Origin: Gemmatimonadales bacterium
GTDB lineage: Bacteria; Gemmatimonadota; Gemmatimonadetes; Gemmatimonadales; GWC2-71-9
Assembly (NCBI GenBank): GCA_037189525.1
Contig: JBBCJC010000001.1
Location: 672,001-736,000, forward strand
Direction: 5' to 3'
DNA length: 64,000 bases
In this document: in pieces, positions 7,915 to 15,503 of the stretch
Position numbering within the stretch: position 1 is the first letter of the stretch
How the letters are laid out: every line of letters begins with the position of its first letter
The notes under the pieces: model-generated
The model's database searches: none
Seen by the model: the letters and a program-made list of their open reading frames with translations, nothing else
Told to the model about the DNA's origin: nothing
Made by a program: the position numbers and the translations under genes

Positions 7915-9558
7915 TCAGGGGCGGCCCCGTGGTCCGCAGCTGCCGTCGGCGGCCCGGAGCGTGGGATAGGCCACGCCGAGCTGTTCGAGGTAGCTGGGAT
8001 ACTTGGCCGGATCATAGTAGAAGGGTCGCATCCGCTCGCGGTACCGCGCCAGGATCAGTCCGTTGAGCTCGACGGCCGGGCGGTCTTCGGCGCGGACGAA
8101 CGGCTCGTACTTCACGTCCTTGGTCTGTTCATTGCGAAAATAGTCCCATGCAGCCGTCACGAGCGCTGGGGTCAGCAGGACGTCGAGCATGGTGAGGGCC
8201 AGCGCCTTGGCGCCGGCGACCGCACCTTTATGGGCGATCGGTGTCGCCATCGCGATCGCGTCGGCCCAGTTGTGACCGGGCGTGCCGGGCACGTTCGACG
8301 GATAGAAGAGCTGCACCGTGGGCACCGACCACGAGACGTCGCCGATGTCGTCCGAACCGCCGCCCTTGCGCTCCGCGGGAGGCGGCGGGCGATCGAGCCC
8401 GCGCGCGAGGGTATCGAGACCGCGCTCGGGCATCTTGAGCTCACGCTGGATGGCCTTGGCGAACCGGACGTCGTCGTCCGACCATTTCGGCATCCCGACG
8501 CGCGTGATGTTGGCTCCCATCGCCTCCGCGACCGGACGGTTGAAATGCGGCGGCCACGCGGCGCCGAGCACGCGGGTGCTCGCGAGGGTGGTGCCGGTCA
8601 TCATCGCGGCGCCGCGCGCGACGGAATCCGCGACGGCCCAGAGGGCTCGAACACCGGAGGCTTCGAGTTCGCGGAGGAAATACCAGACCGACGCCGTCGA
8701 CGGGACGACGTTAGGCTGATCGCCGCCGTCCCGGACGGTGTAGTGCGACCGGTGCTCGAGCCGGAGATGCTCGCGCCGGTAGTTCATGCCCACGTTCATC
8801 AATTCGACCGCGTCGAGCGCGCTCCGCCCGCGCCATGGCGCTCCCGCGCTGTGGGCGCTGGTGCCCTGGAACGAGTACAGCAGGGAAACCAGGCCGCTGT
8901 ACTCGTTAGGCGCCTCGGACGGCGTGGTGAAGTTGTCGAAAACGTGGGTAAAGAAGCTGATATCGACGTCCTTGAAGAGCCCGTCGCGCGCGAAGAATGC
9001 CTTGGCGGCCACCTGCTCTTCCGCAACCCCCGGCCAGATCTTGATAGTGCCCGGCAGCCGGTCGCGCTCCATCAGCTGCTTGACCGCCAGCGCCGCCGCG
9101 ACGACGACCGCCTGGCCGGAATTGTGACCTTCCCCGTGACCGGGGGCCCCTTCGACCATCGGAAGGCGACACGCCACGCCCGGCATCTGGGACGCCTGGG
9201 GAATCGCATCGATGTCGGAGCCCAGCGCGATGACCGGTTTGCCCGAGCCCCAGGTCGCCACCCAGGCGGTCGGCATGCCGGAGATGCCCTCCGTGACCGT
9301 GAACCCCTCTTTGCGCAGGAGCCCGACCAGGTATTTGGACGTCTCCGTTTCCTGGAAGCCGAGCTCCCCGTAGCTGAAGATCTGGTCGTTGATCTCCTGA
9401 ACCAGTTTGGCGCGCGCGTCGACCAGGGCCAGCGCCTCGCGCTTGAGCGGTTCCAGCCGTCGATCGACACCGGCCGCCCGCGAGCCCGTCTGCGCGCCCG
9501 CGGACACGACGACCGAGGCCAGGAGCGATCCGAGCAGGACGGGAAAACGGCGCCGCAT
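7915..9558 (-). CDS. Secreted M20-family amidohydrolase (AbgB-like), copy 1
   Basis: GGAG RBS before ATG 9558; signal peptide; same motifs as the neighbouring paralog. Confidence 0.92.
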   Translation of the reverse strand: MRRRFPVLLGSLLASVVVSAGAQTGSRAAGVDRRLEPLKREALALVDARAKLVQEINDQIFSYGELGFQETETSKYLVGLLRKEGFTVTEGISGMPTAWVATWGSGKPVIALGSDIDAIPQASQMPGVACRLPMVEGAPGHGEGHNSGQAVVVAAALAVKQLMERDRLPGTIKIWPGVAEEQVAAKAFFARDGLFKDVDISFFTHVFDNFTTPSEAPNEYSGLVSLLYSFQGTSAHSAGAPWRGRSALDAVELMNVGMNYRREHLRLEHRSHYTVRDGGDQPNVVPSTASVWYFLRELEASGVRALWAVADSVARGAAMMTGTTLASTRVLGAAWPPHFNRPVAEAMGANITRVGMPKWSDDDVRFAKAIQRELKMPERGLDTLARGLDRPPPPAERKGGGSDDIGDVSWSVPTVQLFYPSNVPGTPGHNWADAIAMATPIAHKGAVAGAKALALTMLDVLLTPALVTAAWDYFRNEQTKDVKYEPFVRAEDRPAVELNGLILARYRERMRPFYYDPAKYPSYLEQLGVAYPTLRAADGSCGPRGRP

Positions 9559-9794
9559 GGTGACTCCGGTCGGGGGAGGTGACGGCAGGAACTGGCAATG
9601 GATTGGAATCCTGCAAAGTACGCCCGGCCGACCCGCTCCGGGAGGGCGCCAACGAAATCCCGGGCCGGGGTGTCTCACTTTATATGGACGTCTCCGCTTC
9701 GTAATGGCGGCCGCCGCTCCGCCCGCCGCGTCCCGGGCACGACACCCTTCCCCACCGATTCGACGACGATCTCTTGCGGAAAAGTTCACAGGAC

Positions 9795-9819
9795 ATAGAT
9801 TATCTATCCCCTAGATAGA
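9795..9819. promoter_or_regulatory. Overlapping inverted repeats, probable PadR operator
   Basis: ATAGAT-T-ATCTAT (9795-9807) and TCTATC-N5-GATAGA (9803-9819); AT-rich patch just upstream of the padR start. Confidence 0.6.
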
Positions 9820-9829
9820 CGATGGCTTC

Positions 9830-10168
9830 ATGGCTCCCGACTCCAAGCGCGACCTCCTTCCCGGCACGCTCGACATGCTGATTCTCAAGACCCTGACCGC
9901 GCAGTCGATGCACGGCTATGGGATCGCCCAGCACATCCAGCGGCTCTCGCAGGACGTGCTCAAGGTCGAGGAAGGGTCGCTCTACCCGGCGCTGCAGCGG
10001 ATGCGGCAGAAGGGCTGGATCAAGGCCGAGTGGGGGGTGACGCCCAACAACCAGCGGGCGCGGTACTACACCGTTACCACCGCGGGTCGCCGGCAACTCG
10101 GCGAGCAGGAGACCGGCTTTGCCGACCTGGTGGCCGCCATCGCACGGGTGATGAAACCGGTCCAATGA
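9830..10168 (+). CDS. PadR-family regulator (acidobacterial ADOP-associated type)
   Basis: LLPGTLDMLILKTL, HGYGIAQ, VEEGSLYPAL, NNQRARYY. Confidence 0.95.
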   Translation: MAPDSKRDLLPGTLDMLILKTLTAQSMHGYGIAQHIQRLSQDVLKVEEGSLYPALQRMRQKGWIKAEWGVTPNNQRARYYTVTTAGRRQLGEQETGFADLVAAIARVMKPVQ

Positions 10169-12831
10169 ACTTCCGCGAACTGCTCGCCAAGCTGCGCGAC
10201 TGGCGCTCACGCGACCGGCTCGATGCCGAGCTGGCGGAGGAGCTCCGTTTCCACCAGGAGCAGCTCGCACGCGACGGCGGGGCGACCGCCGTTCGCCGGC
10301 TCGGTAACCTGACCCGTCTCAAGGAAGGAACCCGCGACATGTGGTCGATCCGCTGGCTCGATCAGCTCGGACAGGACGTCCGCTACGCGTTGCGAGGGCT
10401 CAGGCGCTCGCCCGGGTTCACCGCCACCGTCGTTCTGACTCTGGGTCTCGGCATCGGCGCCAACGCCGCGATGTTCGGTGTGGTGGACCGGCTGATGTTC
10501 CGGCCTCATGCCTACTTGCGCGATCCGGAGACGGTGCATCGGGTCTACCTGCGCAGCACGGATCGGGGCACCGTGCGTACCAACTCGAACCTCGAGTATG
10601 CTCGGGCCCTTGATCTCCAGAAATGGACATCGTCGTTCTCCCAGTACGCCGGCTTCACGGATCGGACCTTGGCCGTCGGCGTCGGCGAGGCCTCCCGCGA
10701 GCGGCGCGTGGCGCTCGTCAACGCCTCGTTCTTCGATTTCTTCGATGCCCGGCCGGCGCTGGGCCGGTACTTCACGCCGAGTGAAGACAGCATCCCACGC
10801 GGAGCGGACGTAGCGGTGCTCGGCTACGGCTACTGGACCTCGGAGTTCGGCGGCCGCGACGTGATCGGCGATGTCCTCCAGGTGGGCAACATCGCGGCCA
10901 CGATCATCGGCGTCGCCCCCAAGGGTTTCAGCGGGGTGGGCGACAACGACCCTCCCGCGATCTACCTCCCGATCACCACCTACGCCGGTTCCTCGGGTAG
11001 CGCACGCAACCGGACCACCTACTACAGCCGGTACAATTGGAGCTGGATGGAGCTGATGGTGCGCCGGAAGCCGGGCGTCACCGCTCCGCAGGCATCGTCG
11101 GACCTGACCCAGGCATATATCCGGAGCTGGCACGCCGAGCACGAGAGCGACCCGCTCCCGCCGGTCGACGTCGCGAAGCCGGAGGCCATAGCGGGGGCGA
11201 TGAAGCTCGGCGCCGGCCCGGACCCCGGCCTCGAGGCTCGGACCGCGCTGTGGGTAACCGGTGTCGCCGCGGTCGTGCTGCTGATCGCCTGCGCCAACGT
11301 GATCAATCTGTTCCTGGCCCGAGCTCTCCAACGCCAGCGGGAGTTGGCCGTCCGCATGGCGCTCGGCGTGAGCCGCGGTCGCTTGCTGCGGCAGTCGTTG
11401 ACGGAAAGCCTGCTGTTATCGGGCATCGGCGCAATCGTCGGTCTCCTGGTGGCGCAGTGGGGCGGTGCAGCCATCCGCAGCATGCTGATCACCGGCCAGG
11501 GAGCAGCACTCGACGTCTTCACCGACTGGCGGACGCTCGGCGTGGCGGCGGCCGTCGCGATCGGCACGGCGCTGCTGACCGGGTTGGCTCCGGCGCTGCT
11601 CGCCGGACGCGGCAGCCTGGTCGACTCGCTCAAGACAGGCACTCGTGACGGCACTGCCCGCCGGTCGAAGGCTCGGACGGCATTGCTCGTTGCGCAGGGA
11701 GCGCTCACCGTCGTCCTCCTGGTGGGGGCCGGACTGTTCGTGCGCAGCCTCGACCGGGTCACGTCGATGCGACTCGGCTACGACGCCGACAAGGTCCTCC
11801 TGGCGGCCACCAACATGCGAGGTATGGCTCTCGACGACAGCGGCTCCGCCCGTCTCGGCCGGACTCTGGTAGAGACGGCCCAAAACATCCAGGGTGTCGA
11901 GGCCGCCAGTTGGGTGAGCAGCGTCCCGTTCTACAGCACCGAGTCCACCAGCCTCTACGTCACCGGGATCGACTCGGTCCGGCGGCTCGGAAGCTTCACC
12001 TATCAGTCCGCCACTACCGACTATTTCGAGGCAATGGGTACCCGAATCATTCGGGGCCGAGGGTTCAGCCCGGAGGATCGCGCCGGCGCCCCGCCGATCG
12101 TGGTGGTGAGCGAGGCCATGGCCAATGTCCTCTGGCCCGGCAAGGATGCTCTAGGCGAGTGCATCCGGATCGGCGCGGATACGATGCCCTGCTCGACCGT
12201 GGTCGGGATCGCGGAAGACATGGTGCAGCAGAGCCTCGGCGATGCACAGCGCTTCCACTACTACCTGCCCATCGAGCAACGGAATGCCGCCGGGGGCTTC
12301 GCGCTGCTGCTCCGGATGCGAAACGATCCGGAAGCTTCGCAGGAAACGGTGCGGCAGGCGCTGCAGCAGGTCATGCCGGGCCAGTCGTACATCACCGTCC
12401 GACCCTTGGAGCGCCTGGTCGAGAGCCAACGCCGCTCGTGGCGGCTCGGAGCCACGATGTTCGTGGCATTCGGTGTCCTGGCGCTAGTGGTGGCAGCCGT
12501 CGGACTCTACGGGGTGATCGCCTACAACGTCAACCAGCGGATGCACGAGCTGGGAATCCGGGTGGCGTTAGGCGCCCGTTCTCCCGACGTGATGCGATTG
12601 GTTCTGGCACAGGGAGTCAAAGTGTCCATCGCAGGGGCAGTGATCGGATTGGCACTCGCGCTCGCCGCCGCGGGGCTCGTCGAGCCGCTCCTATTCCGCC
12701 AATCGGCGCGCGATCCGATGGTCTACGGCAGCGTGGGATTGCTGCTCCTTTCGGTGGCGATGCTGGCGAGCGCGGTGCCGGCGCGGCGCGCTACCAAGGC
12801 GGACCCCAACGCAGTCCTGCGGAACGACTGA
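10165..12831 (+). CDS. ADOP-family duplicated MacB/FtsX-type ABC permease 1
   Basis: ATGA overlap with padR; ELRFH prefix domain, DVRYALRGLRRSPGF, LLIACANV, ELGIRVALGA, PARRATKADP. Confidence 0.93.
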   Translation: MNFRELLAKLRDWRSRDRLDAELAEELRFHQEQLARDGGATAVRRLGNLTRLKEGTRDMWSIRWLDQLGQDVRYALRGLRRSPGFTATVVLTLGLGIGANAAMFGVVDRLMFRPHAYLRDPETVHRVYLRSTDRGTVRTNSNLEYARALDLQKWTSSFSQYAGFTDRTLAVGVGEASRERRVALVNASFFDFFDARPALGRYFTPSEDSIPRGADVAVLGYGYWTSEFGGRDVIGDVLQVGNIAATIIGVAPKGFSGVGDNDPPAIYLPITTYAGSSGSARNRTTYYSRYNWSWMELMVRRKPGVTAPQASSDLTQAYIRSWHAEHESDPLPPVDVAKPEAIAGAMKLGAGPDPGLEARTALWVTGVAAVVLLIACANVINLFLARALQRQRELAVRMALGVSRGRLLRQSLTESLLLSGIGAIVGLLVAQWGGAAIRSMLITGQGAALDVFTDWRTLGVAAAVAIGTALLTGLAPALLAGRGSLVDSLKTGTRDGTARRSKARTALLVAQGALTVVLLVGAGLFVRSLDRVTSMRLGYDADKVLLAATNMRGMALDDSGSARLGRTLVETAQNIQGVEAASWVSSVPFYSTESTSLYVTGIDSVRRLGSFTYQSATTDYFEAMGTRIIRGRGFSPEDRAGAPPIVVVSEAMANVLWPGKDALGECIRIGADTMPCSTVVGIAEDMVQQSLGDAQRFHYYLPIEQRNAAGGFALLLRMRNDPEASQETVRQALQQVMPGQSYITVRPLERLVESQRRSWRLGATMFVAFGVLALVVAAVGLYGVIAYNVNQRMHELGIRVALGARSPDVMRLVLAQGVKVSIAGAVIGLALALAAAGLVEPLLFRQSARDPMVYGSVGLLLLSVAMLASAVPARRATKADPNAVLRND

Positions 12832-12832
12832 G

Positions 12833-15502
12833 ATGCGAGAGTGGCTGGCCCGGCTCCGCGACCGATTTCGCCGCGAACAACTCGACGCCGAGCTGACGGA
12901 CGAGCTCCGCTTTCATCAGGACCAGCTGGAGCGCGACGGTGGCCCGGCGGCCTCTCGCCGGCTGGGCAACCTGACTCGTCTCAAGGAAAGCACGCGCGAT
13001 ATGTGGAGCATCCGCTGGCTCGACGACCTGCTGCAGGACATCCGGTACGCTTTGCGCGGCCTCCGTCGCTCGCCCGGGTTCGCGGCGACCGTCATCCTCA
13101 CCCTCGGGCTCGGCATCGGCGCCAACGCCGCGATGTTCGGGGTGATCGACCGGCTGATGTTCCGGCCCTATCCCTACCTGCGCGATCCCGCCACGGTGGA
13201 TCGGGTCTATCTACGGCTCACCGGCCGCGACCAGGCCACCGCCACCTCGGTGAGCTTCCCGTATACCCGCTACCTCGATCTGCAGCGCTGGACTTCGTCT
13301 TTCTCCGAATCCGCGGCGTTCGTAGCGGCGCGCCACGCGATCGGGAGCGGTGAAGACGCGCGCGAGCATCCGGTTTACGGGGTGAGCGCCTCCTTCTTCG
13401 ATTTCTTCGATGCGCGACCTGCGGCAGGCCGGTTCTTCGGGCCGGCCGAGGATGCACTGCCGACGGGCACCGACGTCGCAGTGCTGGGCCACCGATTCTG
13501 GCAAGCGGAGCTCGGTGGCCGGAACGTACTGGGCGAAACGATCCAGATCGGTTCGGCGCGCTACACGGTCGTCGGTGTGGCGCCGCCGGGCTTCGTGGGC
13601 GTGGCGCAGACGCGCGATCCGGCCGTCTTCATCCCAATCACGGCCTACGCCGCCCACGAAGGTTGGGGCGAACCGACCGACCATCATCATAAGTACACCT
13701 GGGACTGGACCGAGATGATGGTCCGCCGTAAGCCGGGCATCGATCGCGACCAGGCGACGACGGATCTGACGGCGGCGTTCGTCCGGAGCCGAATTGCGGC
13801 ACGCGCGGTCCACCCAACCTTCGCGCAGGTCGAACGCGCCAATCCCCGCGCGATCGCCGGACCGCTACAGACGGCGGCCGGGCCGGATGCCGGCCTCGAG
13901 ATGCGCACCCTGCTCTGGGTCGCGGGTGTCGCCGCAATCGTGCTGGTGATCGCCTGCGCCAACGTGGCCAACCTCTACCTGGCGCGCGCGGTGGGCCGGC
14001 GCCGGGAGCTCGCGCTGCGCCTCGCATTGGGCGTGAGCCGCGGACGCCTCGTCCGCCAGGCACTCACCGAGAGCCTGCTCCTCTCACTGCTCGGCTGCGC
14101 CGCCGGCCTGCTTGCCGCGCAATGGGCCGGCATCGGACTCCGGCGGCTGTTCCTGCCGTTCGCGAGCTCGTTCGAGGTGGTGACCGACTGGCGCACGCTT
14201 GGTCTCGCCAGCGCGGCCGCGCTGCTGGCAGCCGTAGCCACAGGGGTCGCTCCCGTGCTGTTCGCCAGGCGAGAGGCGCCCGCCGGCCGGCTCATGTCGG
14301 GTAGCCGCGCCGGCCCGGCAGATCGGTCGCGCGCCCGATCGATGCTCCTGGTGGCGCAAGCGGCGCTTTCCGTCCTCCTGCTGGTGGGCGCTGGCCTCTT
14401 CGTGCGCAGCCTGGTACGGGTCCAGGCGCTCCCGGCCGGCTTCGACCCCGAACCGGTGCTGCTGATGGTCTGGGAACGGCGCGGTTCCGCGGCGAGCGCG
14501 GACGAACGCATCGCAATCCGCGATCATATCCTCGACGTAGCTCACCGCCTTCCCGCCGTCGAGGCGGCGGCCTGGGTATCGACCGTGCCGATGCAGGGTA
14601 CCTCGACCTTCGGACTCGCGGTGCCGGGCATCGACTCGGTCACGCGCCTCGGCCGGTTCAACTATCAGATCGCCTCGCCCCGGTATTTCGACGTCGTAAA
14701 GACCCGCATCCTCCGCGGCCGGGCCTTTACCGACGCCGACCGGGCCGGCAGCCCGCCGGTCGTAGTGGTGAGTGCCGCGATGGCGCAGACCTTGTGGCCC
14801 GGCCGCGATCCGCTCGGCCAGTGCATCCGGGTGGGCTGGATGAACCGGCCGCCCGAGACGATGCCCTGCACCGCCGTGATCGGGGTCGCCGAGGATGCGC
14901 TCCAGGACCCGTTGGCGGAGCGCACCCTGCGCTACTACCTGCCGCAGGCCCAGCTCGACGAAGGCGGCTGGCAGCTCGCGCTCCGCATCCGGGGCGACGC
15001 CCGCGCCGAGGCGGAGGGTATCCGGCGGGCGCTCCAGCGTGAGCTGCCCGACCTGTCCTACCTCTACGTGCAGGCAATGGGCGACATGTACACGCAGCGC
15101 CACCGCTCCTGGCGAATGGGTGCCACGATGTTCCTCGCCTTCGGCGCGCTGGCGCTGGTGGTGGCCGCGGTCGGCCTCTACGGCGTAATGGGATACGACG
15201 TGGCGCAGCGGATGCATGAGCTGGGCGTCCGGACTGCGCTCGGCGCGCAGCGCGCGAACCTGGTTGCCCTGGTGCTCCGGCGCGCACTCAAGTTCACTCT
15301 CGCCGGTGTGGCAGTGGGCCTCGTTCTGGCGCTGCTCTTCTCCGGGTGGGTGGAGCCGCTCCTGTTCCGGCAATCGGCGCGCGATCCTCTCGTGTACGGC
15401 GGTGTCGGCGCGGTGCTGATCCTGGTGGCCCTCGTCGCCACTGCCGTGCCGACTCTGCGCGCGACGCGGGCGGACCCCAACATCGCACTGCGGAGCGAGT
15501 GA
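12833..15502 (+). CDS. ADOP-family permease 2
   Basis: Same architecture; LVIACANVANL, ELGVRTALGA, RATRADPNIALRSE. Confidence 0.93.
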   Translation: MREWLARLRDRFRREQLDAELTDELRFHQDQLERDGGPAASRRLGNLTRLKESTRDMWSIRWLDDLLQDIRYALRGLRRSPGFAATVILTLGLGIGANAAMFGVIDRLMFRPYPYLRDPATVDRVYLRLTGRDQATATSVSFPYTRYLDLQRWTSSFSESAAFVAARHAIGSGEDAREHPVYGVSASFFDFFDARPAAGRFFGPAEDALPTGTDVAVLGHRFWQAELGGRNVLGETIQIGSARYTVVGVAPPGFVGVAQTRDPAVFIPITAYAAHEGWGEPTDHHHKYTWDWTEMMVRRKPGIDRDQATTDLTAAFVRSRIAARAVHPTFAQVERANPRAIAGPLQTAAGPDAGLEMRTLLWVAGVAAIVLVIACANVANLYLARAVGRRRELALRLALGVSRGRLVRQALTESLLLSLLGCAAGLLAAQWAGIGLRRLFLPFASSFEVVTDWRTLGLASAAALLAAVATGVAPVLFARREAPAGRLMSGSRAGPADRSRARSMLLVAQAALSVLLLVGAGLFVRSLVRVQALPAGFDPEPVLLMVWERRGSAASADERIAIRDHILDVAHRLPAVEAAAWVSTVPMQGTSTFGLAVPGIDSVTRLGRFNYQIASPRYFDVVKTRILRGRAFTDADRAGSPPVVVVSAAMAQTLWPGRDPLGQCIRVGWMNRPPETMPCTAVIGVAEDALQDPLAERTLRYYLPQAQLDEGGWQLALRIRGDARAEAEGIRRALQRELPDLSYLYVQAMGDMYTQRHRSWRMGATMFLAFGALALVVAAVGLYGVMGYDVAQRMHELGVRTALGAQRANLVALVLRRALKFTLAGVAVGLVLALLFSGWVEPLLFRQSARDPLVYGGVGAVLILVALVATAVPTLRATRADPNIALRSE

Positions 15503-15503
15503 G

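Noticed and set aside
4678..9582. Long plus-strand ORFs 4678-6333, 6198-8066 and 7906-9582
   Set aside because: Antisense shadows of well-supported minus-strand genes, typical of high-GC DNA; no recognisable motifs.
9559..9789. N-terminal extension of amidohydrolase copy 1 (likewise ORF-track starts 8015, 10030, 44472, 49972, 49917)
   Set aside because: Downstream starts fit better, judged by RBS, signal peptide, gene overlap or protein-like composition.
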